NCBI GenBank assembly: GCA_036172245.1
Contig: JAYWIR010000030.1
Location: forward strand, 2,720,706-2,740,705
Direction of reading: 5' to 3'
Source: Raillietiella orientalis
Lineage: Eukaryota
Length of the DNA: 20,000 bases
In this document: piece by piece, positions 9,950-19,659 of the stretch
How the letters are laid out: every line of letters begins with the position of its first letter
Numbering within the stretch: the first letter of the stretch is position 1
Program-made: the position numbers and the translations under genes
Notes under the pieces: model-generated
Databases searched by the model: none
Seen by the model: only the letters and a program-made list of their open reading frames with translations
What the model was told of the DNA's origin: nothing

Positions 9950-10226
9950 AGCACGCATCCGAAGAACGTGGCGGATCGGCGCGCTAAGAAATTCTCTCTT
10001 TGTCTTGGGAAAGAAGGTATCACAAGGCGAGGGAAACCGCCCTGGCAGCTTCCACCCCTTGACCAGGAAAGCGAGTTTCCCGGTCGGCCGCGAGCCACGG
10101 CGACGCTTTCGCGTCGCTCGCAACCGCGAACTTTCCCTCGCCTTGACCACGCCGGCTTGCAGCCCGGCGGAAGCGATGCTTACCATAAACTGTAGGGCCC
10201 TCAGTGCGCAGTCGCGGTGAGGGAAG
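9950..10226 (-). ncRNA. Unidentified putative structured RNA adjoining the 3' end of the Tx1-like array
   Basis: Perfect 14 bp inverted repeat 10023-10036/10132-10145 encloses nested stems. Flanking hairpins are present. G-U pairs and a GAAA tetraloop favour the minus strand. Confidence 0.45.
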
Positions 10227-10244
10227 TTTATTCTAGTTCTTTCG

Positions 10245-13125
10245 TTACAACAGTCTGTGCTCGCGTAGTCGGTCCATAAGTATACTTATTACAGGAAGGG
10301 GGATATTCCTTCGGTGTCTTATCGCCCTCTCTCTTAACACCAGGCCAACTGCTATGTTGATTGCTGACGCCGTTCTTCCTTGGTTGATGCGGTGCCATTT
10401 CCGCATTGTTGCTTCTATGTAGATGCACATGAAGAACCTCTGTAGTGGATTCAGGACAGGAGCTCCGTTTTCCGAAGTACAAAGTCTCCGAATGGTATGT
10501 CGCGCCGGCTCTAGTGGTAACCTGAGTACTTCCTGGATGGTGTGCCATTCTTGTTGATTGTGTTGACATTCAAACAGATGTACGGTGGTTTCTTTGTCCC
10601 CGCATTGGCTGCATGTAGGCTGTGTGGTCTGCGATGTGTCCCAGTGGTGCATCTTGGCCTTACATCTTAGACCGTTCTGAAAAAAGAGAAAGGTTGTATC
10701 CATGACATCCGGTGGTAACCACGATCGATGCGTGGTTACATATACCACCTGATTTTTCATTACTTGGAATCTGAGGGTTTCCTGATCCAGTAGTTGGATG
10801 GCTCGTGTTGTTATGATTTTTGTGTTAATGTTTGCTTTTGTGGCTTTTGTATATTTGTCATGTTCTTTGATGTATATTTCGTATTGTTTGCTGCTCTATG
10901 TCCAGTTGTTTTCTTCTAATATGTGTTGTATTCTTTTACGGATGATTGGTGCTTGGTTGCTTTGGTTTAGTACGCGGCGTATGTTTGTTTTAGGGTGTGA
11001 GAGGCACCATTCTTCTATAACGCGTGGGAAGTTGTAAAATTTTGGTAGAATGCTAACAGACTCTGCTTCCCAGTTTTCGCGTGTTTTCGGGACGGCTATA
11101 AGTTGGGCTGTTGCAAAAATGGGTCTTTTCAGAGACCACGTAGGACTCAAGTTTGCGATTCCTCGTGTCGGAATTCTTAATAGTGATGATAATCCGTCGG
11201 TTCCTAGGTATGTTTTCCCATATTCACGTAAAAAATCGAAGTGAACTGACTGCCAGTTCTCGGCTATACGTATTATGTTTTTCAAGTGGTACTTGGTGGC
11301 TGCCGCAGTGGGATGAATCACGCCTAGGTCTCCCTTGGTCGTCGGCGAACAGAGAGTTTTTATTTTTACTTTCGGTTTCCCGCGTCTCCATAGGAGGTCT
11401 CGGATTAATGCGTTGATGGTTCTGTGTTGGTGTGCGCGAATATTATAAAACTGTTGTTGATAAGTTAAGATGGGCAGGAGGGACGTGTTCCACGCTTTGG
11501 CTCTCTGATGGAGCGTAAGTGAGGAGTTCACGAACATCCTACTCTTCCTGCGTACCGTTCCACACCAATTTTGGAAAGGCTGAAATTGTTTTGCTTCTCC
11601 TATAGTCACTCCTAAGTATTTAAGCGTTGTACATACGTTTATTTTTGCTCCGTCTAGCCATTGGGTAGGAAACCCAGCGAACGTGAACGCGTTTGTTTTT
11701 CCGATGTTGAGATGGAGATCTAGCGCTTGTTCCACTTGCGGAATAAGAACCTCAGGTTGTGGACGTCCCGCTGACTTGTGAGGAAAAACAAGAAGTCGTC
11801 CGCGTATGCTAAATGGGTTAGTGTTGAACCGAGGTTTGATGTTCCGTCTAACAGTTTTTTCCTGTATATGAAGTCTGTAATTGTTTGAGTATACAGTGAA
11901 AAGAAAAGTGGGCTCAGGGCATCGCCGTGTCGAACCCCTCTTTCCATTGAAATGTTAGCGGTAGATATCCCGTTTCCTGTTATCTTAAAATTTGCATTTT
12001 TTAAAATTTGTTGTGCATAGCTACAGAAGATTTTGGGAAATCCGAGTTTTTCTAGAACGTTAAGCAGTGTATCGTGTGAGACGCAATCGAATATGCTTTG
12101 GATAGGTCGGTGCCAACCACCGCTACTGGGGTATTGCTTTTTCTTGCGAGCCCTATGAGGTTCTGTACCGTGTGGACATTGTCTGCTACTTGTCTGTATT
12201 GTAGTCCGCATGTGTGTTCCGGTGAGACGATAGAAGGTGGTATTTTGCGAAGTCTGTTCGCCCATAACTTTGCAAACCATTTGGAGTCGATGTTCAAAAC
12301 TGAAATCGGTCTCCAGTTGGTTAGGTATCTGAGGTCTCCTTTTTTTGGGACAAGTTTCATTTTACCGTTGTGGAAAGACTGTGGTAATGGTTGGTCAGAG
12401 TGTATGGCTAGAGTGAGTTCCCACATCAGTCTACTGTATTGTGTTGTATGGGAACCGAAATGTGCGTGGGTAAGGCCACTCGGACCTGGAGCAGCTTTCC
12501 GATTCAGCGCTGCCCAGGCTTCTTTTACCTCCTGAAGAGAGAAAGGTTCTTGCAAGTTTTGCTGTTGCTGAACAGTTGATTTGTTGCGTAAACTCTCTAT
12601 AAATTGTTTCATAGCGTCTCGGTAGATGTTCGTTTTTTTGAAGTGTGTATGGTATTCTTTTTCTATGGCTTTTGCGATTTCTTGTTGGTCACTTAACGGT
12701 TCCCCGTCATTAATGAGATCAAACGTATCTGTTTCTAGGTTTTTTATTTCTGGTATCTGTGGGTCGGTTTGTAAGCGGTGTTGTTCGTATCTTTCATGTG
12801 CCATTTTTTGGTGCCTTGTAATGGTTCCCGATGGTTTTATTATGATATCTTTGCACCAGGTTATTATCTTTTTAATCATGTCTTTCATGTTGTCCCACTC
12901 TTCAGATGTGGAAATGTGGATTTCTGCAAGCAGTCCTCCGATGAGTTGCTGAGTTACCTCGGCTTCTTGTACCCATTGGGGAATACTGCAGAGACCATGT
13001 ATTTCTACGTTCCTCCTGGGATTATGAGTGATGACGGTAATCGTTTGTAATGGATGGTCGCTAAAGTGCTTTCGGGTTTCTGTCACGTTGGTGATGCGTG
13101 TAGGGAGGGTGGAGGATACGATCAT
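10245..13125 (-). pseudogene. RT ORF of copy 1, disrupted
   Basis: Relative to copy 2: 2 nt insertion at about 12092, 1 nt deletion at about 11738, TAT>TAG at 10896, small indels at 10755-10810, and QG>HG. Confidence 0.9.
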
Positions 13126-13709
13126 GTGATCAATTGAGTATTTTCTGCTTTTCCGAATTTAATAGGGATCATGTCCATCTCCTGCAGTGTCCGTTGGTAT
13201 GCATTTCTGGTATCGAGTTTGGTGTGTGTGGGGTGCAAGATGTCTACATTTAGGTCTCCTGCTAGGAGGAATAGTGTTCCAACGCTATCAAGGAATTTAA
13301 GTGATTCTCGAATTTGTTTTCCAAAGTGTGGTTTTCTATTTTGTGGCCCGTAGGCTGCAATAATACAGATAGATATGTTGTGTGAGCATGCAAGACGTAC
13401 GCTCATCAATCGTGCTTTCATGAAAGTATGTATCTCGCGGACCGCCGGAATGAGCGTTGATTCTAGCAGTATCATCACACCACTTGAATGTTGATGTCCG
13501 TGCGTGTAGATAGCTTTACCGCGATACTCTTTTTCTATGTGCGTGATTGCTGCTGAAGTCGGTGAGTGTGTTTCGGTGAGCACGCATATGAGTGTATTCT
13601 TGATTGTTGTGAGTAGTGTATGTCTTTTGTTCACATTCGTTAAACCGTTAATGTTAATGTGGGCCACGTCGATGCGTGGAAGTGCATTTAATAGTGTTAC
13701 GCAGTTCAT
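13122..13709 (-). CDS. APE (AP-like) endonuclease, N-terminal part, copy 1
   Basis: NINGL, LTETH, SGV, YGP and GDLN motifs. The IDH and SDH motifs are in the next frame. Confidence 0.85.
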   Translation of the reverse strand: MNCVTLLNALPRIDVAHININGLTNVNKRHTLLTTIKNTLICVLTETHSPTSAAITHIEKEYRGKAIYTHGHQHSSGVMILLESTLIPAVREIHTFMKARLMSVRLACSHNISICIIAAYGPQNRKPHFGKQIRESLKFLDSVGTLFLLAGDLNVDILHPTHTKLDTRNAYQRTLQEMDMIPIKFGKAENTQLIT

Positions 13710-14772
13710 CGTTTTTTCAGTTTTTGTTTTTTTGGTCTCTTGCTACGAGACCTCGAACGCGTGCTGCCATGTGTATCGGGTGTTGTGCTTGCGTCTGAGT
13801 CTATTTCTTCTGCATCTGGGATTGGTAAGGGAGTTAGGTTTTGTATTTCACTTTTGGGTAAGTGTTGAAGAACTGTCTTGGGTGTGGTCGGGTTTCTAGT
13901 TTGGGTGGCGTCTTTTTGCTGTGGTTCTGGAAGCGATGTTTCTGTGGCTATCTTATCGATGTGAGGATTTGCTGTATCAACGTTTTGACATTGTGGGATT
14001 GGTATTTCTTGTGTGCTGATAGGTGCGATCCAATTTTGGTATTCAGGGCATTCCTGTGACTTATGACGTATCTTTTTACAGAAGGAACATCGTACTAGAG
14101 TACAAGTGTCCGCCCTGTGGCCTGTGAGTTTGCAAAGTGCGCACCGTATTTGAGTACAATTTGCACGTCTATGTCCGTAGGTGAGACAGTGAGAGGAGAA
14201 CGGTGGTTGCTTGGTGTAGTTTATTTGAGTATTGGTGGAAAGTTGGTCGATGTGGGCTCTCATTGGAATGTCTGTGTTTTCGTCAAGTTGAATCTTGACC
14301 CTATAGCTGCCTGTATACAGGTTGGCCAGATTTGGGTCATTCGTGATACTACAGTGTTGAATGTTAGCAACTTTTCCGAACTGCCCGAAGAAGTTGCGTA
14401 TGTCTTCGCACGTGGTGTAAGGGTTAACACCCTGTATATATACGTATTGAATTTTTGTTCGCTATTACCATGGACGGTTCTTCCCTTATATTGGAAACCT
14501 TCTGTTCTTAGTGTATGTACCGTGTCTTCGTTATCGCTGTAGATCGTTACGCCTGCCGCATGCGGGATAATGGCTTTTATGGTGTTGAATGCTATTTTAG
14601 CGTGGAAAAGTCCTGAATAGATATCTTTTACCGCGTCGAATGTTAGGCTGGGGATGCGGAAGGGAACACATGGCAAGCCTTCTTTAAAGTTGGCCACTGT
14701 GCCATTGCGATCGCCAATGTGGAAGTCGCTTGAAGGTGGCGCGCTTTGTTTCAGAGCGGCAGAGTAGTTCGT
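13706..14772 (-). CDS. ORF1 (gag-like; RRM-like segment + 3 CCHC knuckles), frame break near 14452, copy 1
   Basis: As copy 2, but the likely start ATG is ACG and the first knuckle Cys is Ser. Confidence 0.75.
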
Positions 14773-15132
14773 GTTTAGAGGTGACGATGAAGAACCTGCT
14801 GTGACAATTTGGCTAGCAGGGTTTGTCCTAGACCACCCCTCAGCCACGGTATATTTGGGCTAGGTAGAGCTAACAACCAACGTTGCTCCTTCTCGGGTAG
14901 ATTTTCAACCGTGGTCAAAAAATCCCTAAAGGAGAGATCGTTTCTCACTTTTCTAGTCAAGAGTTCCGCTGAGCCCAGTAACTCAATGGAAGTCTTGGGA
15001 GCACCACCTTCAACCACGAAGAGTTTCCAGTGTAGCCCTCTTTAGGCTGTTTCAAGAAAACAGGTATTTATAGCTGATTCGGGCTCACAAGCTGGAGACA
15101 CCTTTAGCTTTCATTTTATTCTAGTTCTTTCG

Positions 15133-18012
15133 TTACAACAGTCTTTGCTCGCGTAGTCGGTCCATAAGTATACTTATTACAGGAAGGGGGATATTCCTTC
15201 GGTGTCTTATCGCCCTCTCTCTTAACACCAGGCCAACTGCTATGTTGATTGCTGACGCCGTTCTTCCTTGGTTGATGCGGTGCCATTTCCGCATTGTTGC
15301 TTCTATGTAGATGCACATGAAGAACCTCTGTAGTGGATTCAGGACAGGAGCTCCGTTTTCCGAAGTACAAAGTCTCCGAATGGTATGTCGCGCCGGCTCT
15401 AGTGGTAACCTGAGTACTTCCTGGATGGTGTGCCATTCTTGTTGATTGTGTTGACATTCAAACAGATGTACGGTGGTTTCTTTTTCCCCGCATTGGCTGC
15501 ATGTAGGCTGTGTGGTCTGCGATGTGTCCCAGTGGTGCATCTTGGCCTTACATCTTAGACCGTTCTGAAAAAAGAGAAAGGTTGTATCCATGACATCCGG
15601 TGGTAACCACGATCGATGCGTGGTTACATATACCACCTGATTTTCATTACTTGGAATCTTGAGGGTTTCGATCCAGTAGTTGGATGGCTCGTGTGCTGTT
15701 ATGATTTTTGTGTTAATGTTTGCTTTTGTGGCTTTTGTATATTTGTCATGTTCTTTGATGTATATTTCGTATTGTTTGCTGCTATATGTCCAGTTGTTTT
15801 CTTCTAATATGTGTTGTATTCTTTTACGGATGATTGGTGCTTGGTTGCTTTGGTTTAGTACGCGGCGTATGTTTGTTTTAGGGTGTGAGAGGCACCATTC
15901 TTCTATAACGCGTGGGAAGTTGTAAAATTTTGGTAGAATGCTAACAGACTCTGCTTCCCAGTTTTCGCGTGTTTTCGGGACGGCTATAAGTTGAGCTTTC
16001 GCAAAAATGGGTCTTTTCAGAGACCACGTAGGACTCAAGTTTGCGATTCCTCGTGTCGGAATTCTTAATAGTGATGATAATCCGTCGGTTCCTAGGTATT
16101 TTTTCCCATATTCACGTAAAAAATCGAAGTGAACTGACTGCCAGTTCTCGGCTATACGTATTATGTTTTTCAAGTGGTACTTGGTGGCTGCCGCAGTGGG
16201 ATGAATCACGCCTAGGTCTCCCTTGGTCGTCGGCGAACAGAGAGTTTTTATTTTTACTTTCGGTTTCCCGCGTCTCCATAGGAGGTCTCGGATTAATGCG
16301 TTGATGGTTCTGTGTTGGTGTGCGCGAATATTATAAAACTGTTGTTGATACGTTAAGATGGGCAGGAGGGACGTGTTCCACGCTTTGGCTCTCTGATGGA
16401 GCGTAAGTGAGGAGTTCACGAACATCCTACTCTTCCTGCGTACCGTCTCCAACGGTTCTTGGAAAGGCTGAAATTGTTTTGCTTCTCCTATAGTCACTCC
16501 CAAGTATTTAAGCGTTGTGCATACGTTTATTTTTGCTCCGTCTAGCCATTGGGTAGGAAACCCAGCGAACGTGAACGCGTTTGTTTTTCCGATGTTGAGA
16601 TGGAGACCTAGCGCTTGTTCCACTTGGTGGAATAAGAACCTCAGGTTGTGGACGTCCCGCTGACTTGTGAGGAAAAACAAGAAGTCGTCCGCGTATGCTA
16701 AATGGGTTAGTGTTGAACCGAGGTTTGATGTTCCGTCTAACAGTTTTTTCCTGTATATGAAGTCTGTAATTGTTTGAGTATACAGTGAAAAGAAAAGTGG
16801 GCTCAGGGCATCGCCTTGTCGAACCCCTCTTTCCATTGAAATGTTAGCGGTAGATATCCCGTTTCCTGTTATCTTAAAATTTGCATTTTTTAAAATTTGT
16901 TGTGCATAGCTACAGAAGATTTTGGGAAATCCGAGTTTTTCTAGAACGTTAAGCAGTGTATCGTGTGATACGCAATCGAATGCTTTGGATAGGTCGGTGC
17001 TAACCACCGCTACTGGGGTATTGCTTTTTCTTGCGAGCCCTATGAGGTTCTGTACCGTGTGGACATTGTCTGCTACTTGTCTGTATTGTATTCCGCATGT
17101 GTGTTCCGGTGAGACGATAGAAGGTGGTATTTTGCGAAGTCTGTTCGCCCATAACTTTGCAAACCATTTGGAGTCGATGTTCAAAACTGAAATCGGTCTC
17201 CAGTTGGTTAGGTATCTGAGGTCTCCTTTTTTTGGGACAAGTTTCATTTTACCGTTGTGGAAAGACTGTGGTAATGGTTGGTCAGAGTGTATGGCTAGAG
17301 TGAGTTCCCACATCAGTCTACTGTATTGTGTTGTATGGGAACCGAAATGTGCGTGGGTAAGGCCACTCGGACCTGGAGCAGCTTTCCGATTCAGCGCTGC
17401 CCAGGCTTCTTTTACCTCCTGAAGAGAGAAAGGTTCTTGCAAGTTTTGCTGTTGCTGAACAGTTGATTTGTTGCGTAAACTCTCTATAAATTGTTTCATA
17501 GCGTCTCGGTAGATGTTCGTTTTTTTGAAGTGTGTATGGTATTCTTTTTCTATGGCTTTTGCGATTTCTTGTTGGTCACTTAACGGTTCCCCGTCATTAA
17601 TGAGATCAAACATATCTGTTTCTAGGTTTTTTATTTCTGGTATCTGTGGGTCGGTTTGTAAGCGGCGTTGTTCGTATCTTTCATGTGCCATTTTTTGGTG
17701 CCTTGTAATGGTTCCCGATGGTTTTATTTTGATATCTTTGCACCAGGTTATTATCTTTTTAATCATGTCTTTCATGTTGTCCCACTCTTCAGATGTGGAA
17801 ATGTGGATTTCTGCAAGCAGTCCTCCGATGAGTTGCTGAGTTACCTCGGCTTCTTGTACCCATTGGGGAATACTGCAGAGACCATGTATTTCTACGTTCC
17901 TCCTGGGATTATGAGTGATGACGGTAATCGTTTGTAATGGATGGTCGCTAAAGTGCTTTCGGGTTTCTGTCACGTTGGTGATGCGTGTAGGGAGGGTGGA
18001 GGATACGATCAT
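15133..18012 (-). CDS. Reverse transcriptase ORF, 959 aa (APE C-terminal remnant, RT, C-terminal CCHC)
   Basis: SDH, KAAPGPSG, NWRPISVLNID, DLSKAFDCV, GVRQGDALSP, AYADD, KYLG, CSQC-ETTVHLFEC; uninterrupted. Confidence 0.93.
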   Translation of the reverse strand: MIVSSTLPTRITNVTETRKHFSDHPLQTITVITHNPRRNVEIHGLCSIPQWVQEAEVTQQLIGGLLAEIHISTSEEWDNMKDMIKKIITWCKDIKIKPSGTITRHQKMAHERYEQRRLQTDPQIPEIKNLETDMFDLINDGEPLSDQQEIAKAIEKEYHTHFKKTNIYRDAMKQFIESLRNKSTVQQQQNLQEPFSLQEVKEAWAALNRKAAPGPSGLTHAHFGSHTTQYSRLMWELTLAIHSDQPLPQSFHNGKMKLVPKKGDLRYLTNWRPISVLNIDSKWFAKLWANRLRKIPPSIVSPEHTCGIQYRQVADNVHTVQNLIGLARKSNTPVAVVSTDLSKAFDCVSHDTLLNVLEKLGFPKIFCSYAQQILKNANFKITGNGISTANISMERGVRQGDALSPLFFSLYTQTITDFIYRKKLLDGTSNLGSTLTHLAYADDFLFFLTSQRDVHNLRFLFHQVEQALGLHLNIGKTNAFTFAGFPTQWLDGAKINVCTTLKYLGVTIGEAKQFQPFQEPLETVRRKSRMFVNSSLTLHQRAKAWNTSLLPILTYQQQFYNIRAHQHRTINALIRDLLWRRGKPKVKIKTLCSPTTKGDLGVIHPTAAATKYHLKNIIRIAENWQSVHFDFLREYGKKYLGTDGLSSLLRIPTRGIANLSPTWSLKRPIFAKAQLIAVPKTRENWEAESVSILPKFYNFPRVIEEWCLSHPKTNIRRVLNQSNQAPIIRKRIQHILEENNWTYSSKQYEIYIKEHDKYTKATKANINTKIITAHEPSNYWIETLKIPSNENQVVYVTTHRSWLPPDVMDTTFLFFQNGLRCKAKMHHWDTSQTTQPTCSQCGEKETTVHLFECQHNQQEWHTIQEVLRLPLEPARHTIRRLCTSENGAPVLNPLQRFFMCIYIEATMRKWHRINQGRTASAINIAVGLVLRERAIRHRRNIPLPVISILMDRLREQRLL

Positions 18013-18596
18013 GTGATCAATTGAGTATTTTCTGCTTTTCCGAATTTAATAGGGATCATGTCCATCTCCTGCAGTGTCCGTTGGTATGCATTTCTGGTAT
18101 CGAGTTTGGTGTGTGTGGGGTGCAAGAGGTCTACATTTAGGTCTCCTGCTAGGAGGAATAGTGTTCCAACGCTATCAAGGAATTTAAGTGATTCTCGAAT
18201 TTGTTTTCCAAAGTGTGGTTTTCTATTTTGTGGCCCGTAGGCTGCAATAATACAGATAGATATGTTGTGTGAGCATGCAAGACGTACGCTCATCAATCGT
18301 GCTTTCATGAAAGTATGTATCTCGCGGACCGCCGGAATGAGCGTTGATTTTAGCAGTATCATCACACCACTTGAATGTTGATGTCCGTGCGTGTAGATAG
18401 CTTTACCGCGATACTCTTTTTCTATGTGCGTGATTGCTGCTGAAGTCGGTGAGTGTGTTTCGGTGAGCACGCATATGAGTGTATTCTTGATTGTTGTGAG
18501 TAGTGTATGTCTTTTGTTCACATTCGTTAAACCGTTAATGTTAATGTGGGCCACGTCGATGCGTGGAAGTGCATTTAATAGTGTTACGCAGTTCAT
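18009..18596 (-). CDS. APE endonuclease, N-terminal part, copy 2
   Basis: NINGL, LTETH and GDLN motifs. The start ATG overlaps the ORF1 stop (ATGA, 18593-18596). Confidence 0.85.
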   Translation of the reverse strand: MNCVTLLNALPRIDVAHININGLTNVNKRHTLLTTIKNTLICVLTETHSPTSAAITHIEKEYRGKAIYTHGHQHSSGVMILLKSTLIPAVREIHTFMKARLMSVRLACSHNISICIIAAYGPQNRKPHFGKQIRESLKFLDSVGTLFLLAGDLNVDLLHPTHTKLDTRNAYQRTLQEMDMIPIKFGKAENTQLIT

Positions 18597-19659
18597 CGTT
18601 TTTTCAGTTTTTGTTTTTTTGGTCTCTTGCTACGAGACCTCGAACGCGTGCTGCCATGTGTATCGGGTGTTGTGCTTGCGTCTGAGTCTATTTCTTCTGC
18701 ATCTGGGATTGGTAAGGGAGTTAGGTTTTGTATTTCACTTTTGGGTAAGTGTTGAAGAACTATCCTGGGTGTGGTCGGGTTTCTAGTTTGGGTGGCGTCT
18801 TTTTGCTGTGGTTTTGGAAGCGATGTTTCTGTGGCTATCTTATCGATGTGAGGATTTGCTGTATCAACGTTTTGACATTGTGGGATTGGTATTTCTTGTG
18901 TGCTGATAGGTGCGATCCAATTTTGGTATTCAGGGCATTCCTGTGACTTATGACGTATCTTTTTACAGTAGGAACATCGTACTAGAGTACAAGTGTCCGC
19001 CCTGTGGCCTGTGAATTTGCAAATTGCGCACCGTATATCAGTACAATATGCACGTCTATGTCCGCAGGTGAGACAGTGAGAGCAGAACGGTGGTTGCTTG
19101 GTGTAGTTTATTTGAATATTGGTGGAAAGTTGGTCGATGTGGGCTCTCATTGGAATGTCTGTGTTTTCGTCAAGTTGAATCTTGACCCTATATCTGCCTG
19201 TATACTGGTTGGCCAGATTTGGGGCATTCGTGATACTACAGTGTTGAATGTTAGCAACTTTTCCGAACTGCCCGAAGAAGTTGCGTATGTCTTCGCACGT
19301 GGTGTAAAAGTTAACACCCTGTATATATACGTATTGAATTTTTGTTCGCTATTACCATGGACGATTGTTCCCTTATATTGGAAATTTTCTCTACTTAGTG
19401 TACGTACCGTGTCTTCGTTATCGCTGTAGATCGTTACGCCTGCCGCGTGCGGGATAATGGCTTTTATGGTGTTGAATGCTATTTTAGCGTGGAAAAGTCC
19501 TGAATAGATATCTTTTACCGCGTCGAATGTTAGGCTGGGGATGCGGAAGGGAACACATGGCAAGCCTTCTTTAAAGTTGGCCACTGTGCCATTGCGATCG
19601 CCAATGTTGAAGTCGCTTGGAAGTGGCGCGGTTTGTTTCAGAGCGGCAGAGTAGTTCAT
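18593..19659 (-). CDS. ORF1 (gag-like), frame break near 19340, copy 2
   Basis: Starts MNYSAALK (ATG at 19659). The -1 frame, open from 19348, reads YVYIQGVNFYTTCEDIRNFFGQFGKV...YTGRYRVKIQL...IP...YTKQP, then three CX2CX4HX4C knuckles and a basic tail. Confidence 0.8.

Larger units (their letters stand above)
10227..15113 (-). mobile_element. L1/Tx1-type non-LTR retrotransposon, copy 1 (full unit, disrupted)
   Basis: gag-like ORF1 plus APE-RT-CCHC ORF2; ends AATAAA at 10227-10232; near-identical to 15114-20000. Confidence 0.9.

Noticed and set aside
10015..10145. RNase P/MRP, telomerase H/ACA domain, 7SK or HDV/hammerhead identity for the structured element
   Set aside because: Only fragments resemble them (GGGAAAGTTCG, AGACAA, CTTCTTT). 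The required partner motifs (CR-V, ACA box, P6.1, GAUC pairs, catalytic cores) were not found.
15116..15457. 113 aa overlapping ORF at the 3' end of both Tx1 copies, and antisense ORFs
   Set aside because: Conservation is trivial because the copies are near-identical; no motif or independent support.
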